A DNA stretch of 64,000 bases from an uncultured Verrucomicrobiae bacterium (GCA_963706715.1 CAVPNI010000003.1:512001-576000), one strand, 5' to 3'; shown: positions 29,401 through 41,506, counted from the first letter of the stretch. The notes: generated by a model not told the origin, from the letters alone. Numbers and translations are program-made.

Positions 29401-31896
29401 CTCGCTTTCGATATTCTATTTGCCGAAGGTCAGCGTCGCTTTTTGGACAGTATTTCTCCCTATGCCCGGCAGTTTGTGGAACAATTGGAAAAGCCGGATG
29501 TGGATCAAATTGAAGGGCTCCCACCAAGCGTCGCTATTGAACAACGCGTCACGCGCGGAGGTGGCAAGTCCACTGTAGCCACGGTCACCGAGGTTTACCA
29601 TTTTCTCCGCCTCTTGTTTGCTAAGGTAGGGACTCAATATTGTCCCAATTGCGATATTTCTGTTGAAAAAAGCACGCCGACAGCTGTTGCTAGCCAGGCG
29701 ACGGAACTTTTGCGTCGAGGCGCACTCCAAATCTACGCACCGGTTGTCAAATCGCGGAAAGGGTTTCACACCGAGGTCGCTCGCTGGGCAGAACGCCAAG
29801 GATTTTCCCAATTACTAGTCGACGGTACGCTCCAATCTGTAGCCGGGTTCACCAAGCTCGAACGCTTCAAGGAACATAATATCGATGTTTTGGTTGACGA
29901 GCTCTCCCCCAAGCAGGCGGACCGTGTGGAGACCTCGGTTCGTCAAGCCTTGAAGATCGGAAAGGGCACGGCCCGTTTGCGGGATGCTCGCAAGAAATTT
30001 CATTTACTGAGCACGAAGTTCAACTGCCCTTCGTGTGAGCGTGCTTTCGAAGAACTGGAGCCGCGGCTTTTTTCCTTCAATTCGCCTCATGGCTGGTGTT
30101 CCCATTGCCGGGGATTTGGAGAAATTTGGCGCAGTATCGATCGCGAGGAATTTGATTCTCAGCTTGAAGCCGATCTCGCTGAAGAACGTCATTATGAAGG
30201 CTTGGATCAAACCGAGGCGCATACCTGTCCGATTTGTGCCGGCAGTCGGCTGAACGAAACCGCTCGCCACGTCCGTCTTCAGGGTTTCACCATCACCGAT
30301 ATTGCAAACAGTTCCGCACACGAAGCTTTGGAAATTTTGAGCCGCCTGCGCTTTTCGGAAAATCAACAGCTGATTTCGAAGGACATCATTGCCGAAATTA
30401 TGCAGCGCCTCCGCTTTTTGAATCAAGTCGGTTTGGACTATTTAACTTTGGATCGCTCAGCAAAGACTTTGAGTGGCGGAGAATCGCAGCGTATTCGTTT
30501 AGCTGCTCAGCTTGGTTCCAATCTTCGAGGAGTTCTTTATGTCCTCGATGAACCGACGATCGGACTTCATGCACGAGACAATTCCCGCTTGTTGGAAGCT
30601 CTGAAGAAGCTCGCAACTCAGGGAAATTCGCTTCTGATCGTTGAGCACGACGAGGAGACCATGCGCCAAGCCGCGCACATTATTGATTTGGGACCGGGCG
30701 CAGGCCGCGAAGGAGGAGAAATTGTCGCCGAGGGCTCTCTCAAAAAAATCCTAAAAAACCCTCATTCGCCCACAGGAAAAGCTCTTAAAGCGCCTTTACA
30801 TCATCCGTTACGAGGTCAGCGGAGGTCACTTGATAGCTGTCATTGGATCGAACTTGAAGGGGCAACAAAACACAATCTTCACAACGTCGATATCCGCATT
30901 CCCTTGGAGCGCCTCACTGTCGTGAGCGGCGTCTCCGGATCAGGAAAAAGCACACTCCTTCGAGGTATCTTAGTACCCGCCATCCGGCAGGTGGTTGGGC
31001 GCTCAAAAAAATTGATTCCCACCTCGCAATGGAAATCTCTGCGTGGGGCCGAACGTCTCGGGGCAGTCCTGGAGGTCGATCAATCCCCGATTGGTAAAAC
31101 CTCTCGCTCCACACCCGCAACTTATATTAAGCTTTTCGACACTATCCGAGCTCTCTTCGCTCAACTGCCTACCGCTCGAATGCGTGGCTATACAGCCAGC
31201 CGCTTTTCTTTTAACAATTCTGGGGGGCGCTGCCCTGTCTGTGAAGGACAAGGAGTCATTAAAATGGAAATGAATTTCCTGCCCCCTAGTTATATGCCGT
31301 GTGAAGACTGCTGTGGAAAGCGCTATAATCCGCAGACCCTCGAAGTGCTCTATAATCAAAAATCCATCGGCGATGTAATGGAAATGACTATTGAACAAGC
31401 TGCGGAATTTTTTGTTGCACATCCGAAGATTCGTCGTCCTTTAGATCTTCTCGTAGAAACGGGCCTTGGTTATCTGCAACTTGGCCAACCAAGCCCGACC
31501 CTAAGTGGTGGCGAAGCTCAACGCATCAAGCTCGTTGAACAGCTCGCAAGCCGCGCCACTCCGGATGTGGAACGCATGCGAACCGGTCGTGTGGGGAAAT
31601 CAACTCTTTATGTACTGGAGGAACCCACTATCGGACTTCATGCGGCCGATGTCTCGCGCCTCATCAATGTCCTCCATCATCTCGTGGATCAGGGTGGCAC
31701 CGTCGTTGTCATTGAGCACCATCTCGATATTATAGGAGAAGCTGACTATCTTTTGGATATGGGACCGGAGGCGGGTGCAGATGGAGGTCAATTAGTGGCA
31801 GATGGTTCTCCGGAACAAGTCGCTCGCTCTACCCGCAGTCGAACCGCTCCTTTTTTGAAAACTGTATTAAAGCGTGGAGAGGTCAACAAATCCTGA
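26407..31896 (+). CDS. uvrA: Excinuclease ABC subunit A, tandem-duplicated (about 1830 aa)
   Basis: Four ABC cassettes (G.SGSGKS x4, LSGGE x4, DEP/EEP) and zinc fingers. Confidence 0.96.
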   Translation: MQQSEVIRIRGARQNNLQSIDLDLPIGKFIVVTGPSGSGKSSLAFDTIYAEGQRRYIETFSPYTRQFLDRMDKPLADVIDGIPPAIAIEQSNSIKSTRSTVGTITEILDYLKILMPRMSRASCPRCSRVVKPESAVQIARRAIEMFPSSRSLFVAFPVALGSARNSSEFFEFLRSQGYLRVWWKGEIHRTDEPPPSSDGPESILVIQDRLAPESDLHARLTEAIEVSLRHGKDRCVLIEADTNILHPFSSGWHCAYCDLNIRQPSPGLFSFSNPLGACPACKGFGRVIDINYDRVLPDKSLSIAAGAVKPFQAGQAQEYQKELLCACAQQEIDVHAPFGDLPLADRQYVLFGDEVAKGRGSEAWPGVKGFFDRLSSKAYKMHVRVFLSRYRSYLPCPDCGGGRYQKDTLNFRLPIGEELGLTLPEITALPIRRLTPLMKSLTPSLTDASSLMLRDQIATRLQYLEEVGLDYLTLDRPSRTLSGGEIERVNLTTCLGASLVNTLFILDEPSVGLHPRDVHRLTGILQTLRDKGNTLLVVEHEEAIIRSADVLVDIGPGRGKDGGHLVYAGPANQISSVRNSLTADYLTHRKSIEVPKKRRTPQAFIELYGIRHRNFQDVDIRIPLGVFCCITGVSGSGKSSLVNDVLYRNLLSDSPEHAEVAGTCRAILGEENIEEVLLVDQAPLARSPRSTPALYLGIFDFIRELFGTTSEAITQGFSPGWFSFNSGQGRCERCAGLGFEKVEMQFLSDLFLRCPECEGKRYQPAILRILYRGKNIHEVLAMTVRQALEFFAEETSRITDPLRLMSDVGLEYLQLGQPVNLLSGGESQRLKLVKHLTESRARPADSAGTNLLILDEPTTGLHFDDIAQLIRVFQRLVDEGNNLIVIEHNLEVIKSADWVVDLGPEAGEGGGELVAEGPPEAIARASKSHTGRYLRPFLSKDSAGSTGPLLSIPLPVPQRAPVISVRGAREHNLKNINVDIPRDKVVVITGLSGSGKSTLAFDILFAEGQRRFLDSISPYARQFVEQLEKPDVDQIEGLPPSVAIEQRVTRGGGKSTVATVTEVYHFLRLLFAKVGTQYCPNCDISVEKSTPTAVASQATELLRRGALQIYAPVVKSRKGFHTEVARWAERQGFSQLLVDGTLQSVAGFTKLERFKEHNIDVLVDELSPKQADRVETSVRQALKIGKGTARLRDARKKFHLLSTKFNCPSCERAFEELEPRLFSFNSPHGWCSHCRGFGEIWRSIDREEFDSQLEADLAEERHYEGLDQTEAHTCPICAGSRLNETARHVRLQGFTITDIANSSAHEALEILSRLRFSENQQLISKDIIAEIMQRLRFLNQVGLDYLTLDRSAKTLSGGESQRIRLAAQLGSNLRGVLYVLDEPTIGLHARDNSRLLEALKKLATQGNSLLIVEHDEETMRQAAHIIDLGPGAGREGGEIVAEGSLKKILKNPHSPTGKALKAPLHHPLRGQRRSLDSCHWIELEGATKHNLHNVDIRIPLERLTVVSGVSGSGKSTLLRGILVPAIRQVVGRSKKLIPTSQWKSLRGAERLGAVLEVDQSPIGKTSRSTPATYIKLFDTIRALFAQLPTARMRGYTASRFSFNNSGGRCPVCEGQGVIKMEMNFLPPSYMPCEDCCGKRYNPQTLEVLYNQKSIGDVMEMTIEQAAEFFVAHPKIRRPLDLLVETGLGYLQLGQPSPTLSGGEAQRIKLVEQLASRATPDVERMRTGRVGKSTLYVLEEPTIGLHAADVSRLINVLHHLVDQGGTVVVIEHHLDIIGEADYLLDMGPEAGADGGQLVADGSPEQVARSTRSRTAPFLKTVLKRGEVNKS

Positions 31897-31955
31897 TCAT
31901 TTTGCTACTCCCTAAAACGAGCGCTTCTAGTGAAAAACACGCTTCCAAATACTAT

Positions 31956-33354
31956 CCCTACAGTTGTCATTTAGAAAGAAGAGGTGTAGATTTAAGGGTG
32001 ACAGCAACAGCAGAGGAAACAATAGAGATATGGAAAGAGGGAATGAAGGAGATCCAGGAAAAAATCAAGCCGCTATTTATGCAGAAGAGAGTGGCAAGAA
32101 ATGCGGAATTATTTTTGGAAGGGCTTCTAGGAAACGAACCACGGAAAACCGGATGGATGAGAGCAGAGGCAGCTGGGGATAAAGGCCCCTGGCGGCAACA
32201 AGCGATATTAGGCCGAAGGAGATGGGAAGCCGACCGACTCAAAGAGACAGTGAGGGAATATGTAATAGAACATTTTGGGGAGGAAGAAGGAATACTAGTG
32301 ATTGACGAAACCGGATTTCTCAAAAAAGGAAAAGCTACTTGTGGAGTGGCTCCCCAATACACCGGCACAGTAGGAAAAATCACTAATTGTCAGATTGGAG
32401 TTTTTGCAGCCTATGTTTCCAGTAAAGGGTACGCCTTTATTGATAGGAAACTCTATTTACCCAAAGAATGGATAGAAGACCAAACACGCAGAGCAGCGGC
32501 GCATATCCCAGTTGAGCAAAAATTTTCGACAAAGCCTACCATAGCTCGGAAAATGATAGAGGAAACCATAGAAGCTAAAATTCCCTTTTCCTGGGTTGCA
32601 GCAGATAGCGTCTATGGAATTTCTGAAGTGACCGAAACATTACGTAAAACATGTAAGGGCTATGTATTAGGTACTACATCGAGGCGGCAATACTACTTGT
32701 GGGATAATAAAAAGGAAAGTGTTCGAGTTACAACAGCTGAGGAGCTAGCCAGTAAATTACCTGCCTGCCGCTGGAAACGCTTATCAGCTGGCGAAGGAAC
32801 CAAGGGTGCCAGGCTCTATGATTGGGCTTACTTCAAATGGAACAATGTGGATGCCTCCCAATATAACAAAAACTACACTGGAATTTGGACTAGCGGCCTT
32901 CTCATCCGGCGCAACATCGAGGATGGAAAATGTTCCTATTACACTACCTGGTGTCCAAAGACAACTTCTCTCCAAACATTAGTCAATGTGGCAGGAGCAC
33001 GATGGAGGATCGAGGAAAGTTTTGAAACAGCTAAAAATGAGTTTGGTCTTGATCACAACGAAACCCGTTCCTGGCATGGCTGGCATCGCCATGTTTCCCT
33101 GGTGATGCTTGCTTTTTCTCTACTGGCAATCATCCGTTATCGGGTGAATAACTCCACCTTACACAAAAAAAGCAGAACGAAGCTTCCTCCCTCAACAAGT
33201 CTCTGGTTTGCTGGTCTATCCAGGAAATTCGACGCCTTGTTACACGTTTAATCTTCCGATCTCTCCAACCTGCTTTTATCATCGCTTGGTCCCTTTGGCG
33301 CAGAGCTCACCAAGCTGTTGCTAAATTTTTTCATTCTAAACGACAACTGTAGGG
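31956..33354 (+). mobile_element. IS701 family element (transposase about 31998-33251)
   Basis: TIRs CCCTACAGTTGTC.TTTAGAA, CTAT target duplication; paralogue of 23976-25371. Confidence 0.92.
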
Positions 33355-33357
33355 CTA

Positions 33358-33612
33358 TAGCATGACCCCTATAAAATGACACATGAGTTGTCCGGGATTT
33401 TTTCTTCAGAGTTTGTTTTAACAAGCTGGCCATATCTGCAGATACGGACGGATTGTTGAAACAAAGTCTGGGGGAACACCGAGCCGTGGGAACGGCTGGG
33501 GTAGCCTGTCCGGCTTTGCCGGACAGCCCCCTCTCACAGGGGCGAGACTTGGCGGGAGCCAAGCGAGGCAAAAAGAACGACAAGGCATGGTCATTTTATA
33601 GGGGTCATGCTA
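33358..33612. mobile_element. 255-bp MITE with TA duplication
   Basis: 23-bp TIR TAGCATGACCCCTATAAAATGAC, related to the 23574 MITE. Confidence 0.85.
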
Positions 33613-34004
33613 TACTTGGAACCGGCGTGTAAAAAATAAATCAGACCAAGGATTAAACTGGCCATTCCTCCCATTGCACTGAATATGCCACCGATCATCC
33701 ATTTGATCAGGTTTTTTTCCCGTTGATCCAATTCACGTATAAAATCCGTCCTCAACTCAGCATGCTCGCGTGAAAACTCTGCTCTCAACTCGGCGTGCTC
33801 GCGCGAAAACTCTGCTCTCAACTCGGCGTGCTCGCGCGAAAACTCTGCTTTTAACTCGGCAAATTCGCCCTTCAGAAAGCTCTTTGTAACTAAATCGCTC
33901 TGTTGGATTGTTTCCATAAACATTTCAACTATACATTCAGCTTGGGCGGTAGTAAAGCCATGGCTCTCCAGTTTTCTGGCCATTTTTAAAGTATCCAGAT
34001 TCAT
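33591..34004 (-). CDS. DUF1640/CCDC90-like coiled-coil protein with C-terminal TM anchor
   Basis: DTLKMARKLESHGFT..QAE, LVTK..L, LIKWMIG. Confidence 0.8.
   Translation of the reverse strand: MNLDTLKMARKLESHGFTTAQAECIVEMFMETIQQSDLVTKSFLKGEFAELKAEFSREHAELRAEFSREHAELRAEFSREHAELRTDFIRELDQREKNLIKWMIGGIFSAMGGMASLILGLIYFLHAGSKYSMTPIK
33751..33860. repeat. 33-bp coding tandem repeat (about 3.3 copies)
   Basis: Encodes AEFSREHAELR x3. Confidence 0.9.
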
Positions 34005-34139
34005 TGTTGCCGGTAGTTCCGAGAACGGTACCTTCGAATTCTTTTCCGCAACATGAACAGTGCCTCCGATTTTTTTTTCAAAGCGATACTCTTATTTTTT
34101 TCTTTGGATTCACCCGCTGTTCAGTGATTTTTCTTTGCT

Positions 34140-35435
34140 GTGCTCAATTACATCTGGCTGGCTTTGATTCTTTGTGCGATGGCCCTTGGCGCCGCCAACA
34201 ATCGACTCACTGAGGTAACTACATCTGCGTTCGATTCCGCTAAGATGGCGGTAATGAGCGTGGCGTTACCATTGATTGGCATTTTCGCTTTGTGGCTGGG
34301 GATTATGCGGCTAGCCGAAAAGGCAGGCATTGTGCAGATCATAGCGCGCGGATTGCGTCCGGTTTTGCGGCTTCTTTTTCCGGAGATTCCAACGGGGCAT
34401 CCTGCTTTGGGTTCCATAGTGATGAACATGGCTGCGAATATGCTTGGACTAGCTAATGCGGCGACTCCCGTTGGTTTGAAAGCGATGCAAGAACTTGAAC
34501 GCTTAAATCCCCATCCTGGCACTGCCACTAACGCCATGTGCACGTTCCTCGCCTTGAACACAAGCTCCGTTCAGCTCATTCCGGCGACGACGATTGGCAT
34601 TCTCGCAGCGGCCGGATCCAAAGATCCAACCGCAATTATCGGAACTGCTCTCGCGGCAACAGCCTGCTCAACTATAGCGGCTATTGGTTCAGTTAAATTA
34701 CTACAACGTCTCCCGATGTTTCGACTTCCTCCAGCCGAAAAGAAGGTTTGTTCGGAAACTAGTGAATTCCCCGAAATAGTCTCGACTCCCTTGCCTCTCT
34801 GGGCAAAAGGAATCTTGGGCGCTTTTGCTATTTTCTTTATTTTTATCGCCTGGCACTTAATAATAACAAACTCCTCACCGCCAGACCGTGGCGTCTTTGC
34901 CAACTTAGTCAGCGTGACTTCCCAGTTAGCGATTCCTATTTTCCTGACATTCTTTCCACTGTATGCCGCGTTAAAACGAATTCCCGTTTATGAAGAATTT
35001 ATAGAAGGCGCCAAAGAAGGTTTTCACACTGCGGTCCGCATTATTCCCTATCTTGTTGCGATCCTTGTTGCCATTGGCATGTTTCGTGCGGCAGGCGGCA
35101 TCCAGCTTTTAAGCGACTGGCTGAGGCCTATTTTACAGCCTCTTCAATTCCCATCCGATCTTCTTCCTTTGGCATTGATTCGTCCTTTAAGTGGCAGTGG
35201 CACCAATGGACTGTTCGTCGAGTTGGTACAGTCTCACGGTCCGGACAGCTTAATCGCGCGTATGGGAGGAACTTTAGTGGGCAGTACTGAAACAACATTT
35301 TATGTATTAGCCATCTATTTCGGTGCTGTTTCAATTCGGCGTACCCGTCAGGCCATTCCTGCTGGTTTAATTTCCGATTTTACAGGAATTATAGCCTCTG
35401 TTATTATTTGTAATCTTGTGTTTGGAAGTAAATAA
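34140..35435 (+). CDS. spmAB: SpmA-SpmB fusion (nucleoside recognition/Gate domain membrane protein)
   Basis: ANMLGLANAATPVGLKAM, RPLSGSG, GSTETTFYVLAIYFG. Confidence 0.9.
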   Translation: MLNYIWLALILCAMALGAANNRLTEVTTSAFDSAKMAVMSVALPLIGIFALWLGIMRLAEKAGIVQIIARGLRPVLRLLFPEIPTGHPALGSIVMNMAANMLGLANAATPVGLKAMQELERLNPHPGTATNAMCTFLALNTSSVQLIPATTIGILAAAGSKDPTAIIGTALAATACSTIAAIGSVKLLQRLPMFRLPPAEKKVCSETSEFPEIVSTPLPLWAKGILGAFAIFFIFIAWHLIITNSSPPDRGVFANLVSVTSQLAIPIFLTFFPLYAALKRIPVYEEFIEGAKEGFHTAVRIIPYLVAILVAIGMFRAAGGIQLLSDWLRPILQPLQFPSDLLPLALIRPLSGSGTNGLFVELVQSHGPDSLIARMGGTLVGSTETTFYVLAIYFGAVSIRRTRQAIPAGLISDFTGIIASVIICNLVFGSK

Positions 35436-35768
35436 TCTAACAGAACCACATCATTCGCGAATGAACTGGATAGACTCAGTGCCATAGTTTTCGAAGAATC
35501 TGTCCTACCCACTCTAATGGCAATACCGTTGAATTAAGCATTTATGTTTCAATTTCGAGCCATCTGGCGAAGGCTACGGTGACGCGGACAACTTGGTTAA
35601 GTCAACAGCATTGGGGTTAGGGCACAATAGGCGCACCTTGCTTCTTACGTCTTTCTCTCTTCGACAATGGCCGGGGATATTCGGTCCCTCGTCAATTGGA
35701 GTGGGTTCCTGACCCACTTGTTATGTCGAGGAGCCGAAGAAAGACGCCGGTCTTTTCTAGAGAAAGCC

Positions 35769-35812
35769 GCGGAGCCTACGGGGCTCGAACCCGCAACCTC
35801 TGCCGTGACAGG
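35769..35812 (-). other. att site: 3' half of tRNA-Asp(GTC)
   Basis: Minus strand CCTGTCACGGCAGAGGTTGCGGGTTCGAGCCCCGTAGGCTCCGC; 5' half absent. Confidence 0.85.
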
Positions 35813-35901
35813 AATACTTTCTAAAGGGAAGTGTAACACTTTTTTAAGACACGAATGATTCATTTTTTCAGGGCATTGAGATTTCTGGTGTTGAATGGAG
35901 T

Positions 35902-36825
35902 TTAATTTGGTTTTTGTAGCCTTGTTTCGAGCTCTTGCGCTTGCTTTTCGAAATCAGCGGGCCGCCGTTTGAAAAAAATTTGGAGGTTTTGCAATTTCCA
36001 TCAAAGTGCGGGTAATTCAGCAGCATGGGAACACTTCAGTAAACTCCAATCGGGAGTCATACGGGTGAGCCCAATCAAAAATTTCTTATGGTTTTCAGTC
36101 AGTCGCCTGGATAGCTCTGAACGAAGCAAAGAGCGCGTTTCAATCAAGGTAGTCAAGCTTACTGGATCTGCTGTCATTCCGACGAAATTTGAATGGAACA
36201 CATCAGAAATGTCTTTGTCGTTACCAAAAAGCACCTCATGAGTCGGTCGGTTATGGCCAGCCAAGTAAATGACAAAGCACTCCATTATATCCTGATCCAA
36301 ACCCGTTGATTTCATGAGTTGCCACGCATCAAAGAGATCCCTTGGATGCTGTCGGTCTAATGCTGCTACTAGCTTACTGCCGTAGAGCTCTGCGGTGGAT
36401 AGGAGGGGAAGTTTCAGTTCAGTGCCGAAAGCGTCAGACACTTTTCCAGCTAAGGCTCGAATTTCTACTGGGTGAACCGAACCACGGAAGACGGCATTTA
36501 CTTCGACCTTGATTTGACTGACACGATTTTCGACAAGAAGTTTGAGTTCGCCGAGGTCTTTTGTGGCAATCCTACGAACGTTCAAGCCCAGCGCACCGGC
36601 TCGTGCTTCAATCCGCTGCAATTCCTGAGAAATTTCTGCAAGAGCTTCTTGACGTGGTTTTTTCCAAGGAAGATAGGCTACATCGATATCGATAGAAAGA
36701 CGTGGCATATCTTGCATAAAAAGGTTGATTGCCGTTCCACCCTTCATTGCAAACATGTCCTTTTCAAAAACCTTGGGAGCAACCCTCAGCAATAGGTCCA
36801 CAGCGTCGATGTAGGCTTTATCCAT
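35902..36825 (-). pseudogene. abiEii: AbiEii nucleotidyltransferase toxin with premature TGA at 36001-36003
   Basis: KGGTAIN, PRLSIDID, DRQHPRDLFD; frame continues LPAL*WKLQNL... to TAA at 35902. Confidence 0.8.
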
Positions 36826-37576
36826 GAGGCTTTAAAGTAAGAAGCGTTCCGTCTTTTAAGCGTTTCATCCATCGACTTTTGCTACCAGTGGGTAGTTGAT
36901 ATTTTTGTTCAAGTTCCCGGGTATTGACGATACCCGTCGCACGTGCCCATTGTAGAAATAGACGTACTGTTTTAACACTATTGCAACAAGACAATAGACT
37001 CCCGAGTACTTCCAAACGAGGAGGACGCAAATTTTCAAACAGGTTCCGGGTATCCTCCAAAGATTCGTGTGTTCCTACCTCAGAAAGTAGTTCTAATATA
37101 GCCCGTTCGGGCACAGAAGCCAATAAGTCTTCCGCAGCACCCGGTGGTGTCCTCAATGTTTTTGAAGAAAGACCCACACTTGGCCAGAGAAACAATCTTG
37201 AAGAGGAGTATCGCGACGGAAAGCGAGAAGCAAACCATTCCGGTAGCTCAAACTTTGTGTCTCCCCAAAGGATCAGCTGTTCCTTTGAGCCCATGTAATG
37301 GCGTATTCCAAACAAAGCCAAGGCACTTTTGGCCGCGATGTGCATCCCACGCACACGTTGCTGAAGAAACTTGACACTTTTATAACGGTACAATTTGTCC
37401 CCAGGAAAAGCGTAAACTCCCTGCCCGATGCGCACCAGCCACTCATTTTGTACATACTGGGCAGCTTGTTTGGCGGATATTTCCAAACGATTCAGGGTCG
37501 AGAGGCCAAACGGTGCTCCTCGGGGCAACTTGGAATATAGGCGCTTGATTAAAAAATTTCTTGGATTTCCATCCAT
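36818..37576 (-). CDS. abiEi: AbiEi-type antitoxin
   Basis: RIGQGVY, SVPERAILELL, SVKTVRLF; coupled to abiEii. Confidence 0.88.
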   Translation of the reverse strand: MDGNPRNFLIKRLYSKLPRGAPFGLSTLNRLEISAKQAAQYVQNEWLVRIGQGVYAFPGDKLYRYKSVKFLQQRVRGMHIAAKSALALFGIRHYMGSKEQLILWGDTKFELPEWFASRFPSRYSSSRLFLWPSVGLSSKTLRTPPGAAEDLLASVPERAILELLSEVGTHESLEDTRNLFENLRPPRLEVLGSLLSCCNSVKTVRLFLQWARATGIVNTRELEQKYQLPTGSKSRWMKRLKDGTLLTLKPHG

Positions 37577-37784
37577 AGGGTAAAATTACATATTTTTGTA
37601 ATCACATTCAAGTTTAATCAGAACCTCAAAATACGGCCATAAATCATCTTAAGTGCCTTTCCCGGAGGATGTTATTTGTGTATCTACATGCGGTTCAACA
37701 GGTTCTTCCAAGCATTTCTCATAAATAATTTTTCATTTTGACATGTCTGTGAAACGCGTTATTCACCCTGAGCGATGCAACACA

Positions 37785-39113
37785 ATGATGATAAATGACA
37801 TAGCAATTTTCGAAAAATTGCAAAAATCTGAGAACAGACCTCGGTTCCATTTTTATAAAGGCGCCGAAGATGTGATCGCCATCGATAACGGCAAAGCTTT
37901 TGACTGGACTAAAGCCGCATCGCAAGTCCGGGAACACCTGAATGATGCATTGAATGCGAAGCACCTTTCATTCTTGTTTGGTTCCGGGTGTTCTTCTCTC
38001 AAGCGTGGCACTTCCAATGAGTTAGGTATTCCAACAATGGCTCCACTGGCCGCCGAATTTCTTCGTTCACAGCCAAGTCTGAAGGAGCGTGAAACACTCT
38101 CGAAGCATCTGGGCTTTTATCTTAATGCAGAGGCATATCGACTAAATCTTGAACGCCTTATGGAAGCGCTCTACAGCTTTCAGTTCGTACTAACACAAAG
38201 CTCGAACCAAGAGATAGCCAAAGGCAAGGAAGCTATCGATTCACTTATCGAAAAAATAATACGGTTCGTAACCCAGACGTGCTCTAAGCGCGAGCTTTTA
38301 AATGACGATAGCGCCCTTGTCAATTTATATCAAGCGTTTTACCGAAAACTCATTTACCGGGACCGAACACTTCCCCGGCCTTGGATATTCACCACTAATT
38401 ATGATTTGTTCAATGAAATAGCCATGGACCGTCTGGGAATACCGTACTGTAACGGCTTTTCCGGAACCATTGAAAGAAGGTTTAACCCCTCAACCTATCG
38501 GTATGCCTTGGCAGAACAACTCGATTTAACATGCAACAAATGGACGGCGGTCGACAACTTTGTTTACCTTTGCAAGCTTCACGGTTCAATTAACTGGATA
38601 GAAAAAGGTGAAAGCTGCCTCTTTCCGATTCAGGAAGTGAGCGTATCGAGTGTTCCGGAAAATGGACGGGTAATGATCTATCCAACCCCAATGAAGCAAA
38701 ACACAAGCTTTGGTTCACCCTACTCTGATCTTTTTCGAGAATTTCAAACGCGTATTGTTAGAGAACAAAGCGTGCTATTTGTCCTCGGTTACGGCTTCGG
38801 TGACGAACATGTCAATAATATCATTTATCAGGCACTCACTATTCCAACTTTTCGGCTTATCGCTTTGTTGCCCCCTGATAAGGATGGAATACCGCAACGG
38901 CTAAAGGCTCTGAATGATCCGCGCATTTGGTTGATTGGCGATGATGGACCTGTCAATAATTCGAGTGCTCACTACTTTGATACTTTTGTTGAGGAATTTA
39001 TGCCTGAAATTCCAAGCGAAAAAATCAGTACAGCAATCAAGAAGGTATTTCAGGAATTCATTTCGCCAAAAGCAGAAGCCATTACTTCCGAGGTACCCGA
39101 TAATGACTACTGA
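37785..39113 (+). CDS. SIR2-like NADase of a Sir2-HerA defence system
   Basis: FLFGSGCS, FTTNYD, KLHGS, GYGFGDEH.N. Confidence 0.9.
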   Translation: MMINDIAIFEKLQKSENRPRFHFYKGAEDVIAIDNGKAFDWTKAASQVREHLNDALNAKHLSFLFGSGCSSLKRGTSNELGIPTMAPLAAEFLRSQPSLKERETLSKHLGFYLNAEAYRLNLERLMEALYSFQFVLTQSSNQEIAKGKEAIDSLIEKIIRFVTQTCSKRELLNDDSALVNLYQAFYRKLIYRDRTLPRPWIFTTNYDLFNEIAMDRLGIPYCNGFSGTIERRFNPSTYRYALAEQLDLTCNKWTAVDNFVYLCKLHGSINWIEKGESCLFPIQEVSVSSVPENGRVMIYPTPMKQNTSFGSPYSDLFREFQTRIVREQSVLFVLGYGFGDEHVNNIIYQALTIPTFRLIALLPPDKDGIPQRLKALNDPRIWLIGDDGPVNNSSAHYFDTFVEEFMPEIPSEKISTAIKKVFQEFISPKAEAITSEVPDNDY

Positions 39114-41082
39114 TGATCGGCGCCGAGCTATCGGTAAAGTTGTTTCTGTGTCGGCTGACCGGTTAGTAGTGGAATTACACAGCGGTAATGCAAATTTCAC
39201 TGTCGTCGGATTCGATGACATTCACTACGTGGCGCAGATGGGCTCCTTTATCGTGATGCCGGCACAAACCGAATACGTTGTAGCCGAAGTCATTGGCCTC
39301 AGAGAGAAGGATCTTTCAAGTGCATCACAAAGCTTTTGTAACTCAGAGGCAATGAATAAAGCAACTTCTGTTAAATACCTCGACTTAACGCCGGTTGGTA
39401 TGTTGCCACAGCAGCGCGACGGTAGATTTAGGTTTGGTGTCTCGACCTTTCCTTCACTGTACACAGACGCTATGTACATACTCGATGAAGAGCTAGATAG
39501 AATCTTTGAGGTCCAGGATGCGTGTGAGGTTATCGGTCATCCGATTAGCGACGATGGTCCTAAATTTACACGATATAACGCACTCTCAATTGGCACATCG
39601 ACTATTTTCAAGGATTATCAGGTCAAAGTTCGGATCGATGAATTCTTTGGAGGACATTCTGCAATTCTTGGCAACACCGGGAGTGGTAAGTCCTGCACTT
39701 TGGCTACCATATTACAATCGCTTTTCAAAAAACAGGACAAGTGTTTTGCAATGGGTGCGACTTTCTTGCTTTTCGATATTAACGGTGAGTACCGATCTGC
39801 TTGTAAAGAGCTCCCTTCTCACATCAAGCGTGATTACGTAAAATTTGAGATGGACCCATTAGTAAAACCGGTACCTCCTAATAGTAATTCTGAGTCGACA
39901 GCGGTATTTCGGTTGCCACATTGGTTTTTGTCGGTTGAAGAATGGGAACTCTTATTACGTGCAAGCGAACGAACACAGCAGCCCGTATTACGAACTGCAC
40001 TTGGACTTACTCAACTATTCAATCCCGATTCTCAAAATCAATTATGGCAAATAGGTGATCATATTTTTGCATCGTGCCTACTCACCATTCTACAGGGGAA
40101 TACGAACTTATCATCAAAAATAGAGCGAATGCGTGCAATCCTAGCTAATTACAAAGGAAACATAGATAGAGAGAAGCTTAATTTTCTAATGGAGTGCGAC
40201 TACGGCAAGCTACTTAAACCTGATGACTTGTACAAATATTTGAGTGGATTTATAAAAGATAATGTTTCGCTACCTAGTTACACGAATAGCCCGTTTGTTT
40301 TTAAGAACCTAAAAGAGGCATTCAACCTAGCTCTGCTATACGAGGAGGCCCATGGTAATCGTCAAATCCGAGACTACTGCGCACAAATGATCACGCGCTT
40401 CGAGTGGATTAGCAAACGTGAGGAATTTGATTTTCTTCGGATTTCGCTCGAACAACTGAATTCTTTCGAGAAAAATATTGAAGAATTCGTGAAGCGATAC
40501 CTTGGATTATTGGGAAACCACGAAAGTACAAGAGAATCTCAATTAATTATATTAGACATGAATGGGGCTAGCGACGAAGTGGTTGAGGTGATAGCCGCGG
40601 TCATTGCACGGCTGATTTTTGACCATTTGCGTAAGGCAGAACCTAGAAATACATTTCCCGTACATCTGATTTTGGAAGAAGCACATCGTTATATCGCAGA
40701 GAGAGCGTCAGGATATGCGATCAACGCAACTCGTATCTTCCAGCGCATTGCAAAGGAAGGCCGTAAATACGGTTTCTTTTTAATGGTCGCATCACAGCGA
40801 CCCAGTGAGCTTTCGAAGACAGTATTGTCGCAGTGCTCCAACTTCGTGGTCCACCGTATTCAAAATCCTGACGACCTACAACACATCCGGCAAATGACAC
40901 CCTTTATTTCCGACAGCGTGATAAAACGGTTGCCTTCTTTACCTAAACAACACGCCCTAATCTTCGGCAACGCCGTCAATCTTCCAACAACCTTTAAGGT
41001 ACGAAATGTGAATCCCAAGCCAAAAAGCGACGATGCTGCAATCCGAGACATCTGGTTTCGTCAGAACAAAAATCAACAGTGA
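39103..41082 (+). CDS. herA: HerA-like ATPase of the Sir2-HerA system
   Basis: HSAILGNTGSGKS, DINGEY, LEEAHRY, KEGRKYG, SQRPSELS. Confidence 0.92.
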   Translation: MTTDDRRRAIGKVVSVSADRLVVELHSGNANFTVVGFDDIHYVAQMGSFIVMPAQTEYVVAEVIGLREKDLSSASQSFCNSEAMNKATSVKYLDLTPVGMLPQQRDGRFRFGVSTFPSLYTDAMYILDEELDRIFEVQDACEVIGHPISDDGPKFTRYNALSIGTSTIFKDYQVKVRIDEFFGGHSAILGNTGSGKSCTLATILQSLFKKQDKCFAMGATFLLFDINGEYRSACKELPSHIKRDYVKFEMDPLVKPVPPNSNSESTAVFRLPHWFLSVEEWELLLRASERTQQPVLRTALGLTQLFNPDSQNQLWQIGDHIFASCLLTILQGNTNLSSKIERMRAILANYKGNIDREKLNFLMECDYGKLLKPDDLYKYLSGFIKDNVSLPSYTNSPFVFKNLKEAFNLALLYEEAHGNRQIRDYCAQMITRFEWISKREEFDFLRISLEQLNSFEKNIEEFVKRYLGLLGNHESTRESQLIILDMNGASDEVVEVIAAVIARLIFDHLRKAEPRNTFPVHLILEEAHRYIAERASGYAINATRIFQRIAKEGRKYGFFLMVASQRPSELSKTVLSQCSNFVVHRIQNPDDLQHIRQMTPFISDSVIKRLPSLPKQHALIFGNAVNLPTTFKVRNVNPKPKSDDAAIRDIWFRQNKNQQ

Positions 41083-41158
41083 AATTTTGGAAGTGTGACA
41101 GGATCGCTTTTCCCAGAAGAGTGTAACACCTTTTTAGAATACGTGTGACACACCGGAC

Positions 41159-41455
<297 letters not shown>

Positions 41456-41506
41456 TCACTGAATTTAATCTGGCTTTTTCTCCAGGAACTATAGAGTCAG
41501 TTCCCG

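Noticed and set aside
31902..31997. N-terminal extension of the IS701 transposase
   Set aside because: Begins outside the IS terminal repeat; GTG at 31998 matches the paralogue's start
33751..33860. 33-bp repeats as a CRISPR array
   Set aside because: Head-to-tail with no spacers, in-frame coiled-coil coding repeat, no cas genes
35769..35812. Functional tRNA-Asp gene (also about 48464-48507)
   Set aside because: Only the 3' half is present; the second copy is mutated
38935..39102. N-terminal extension of HerA
   Set aside because: Overlaps the sir2 gene; ATG 39103 gives normal coupling
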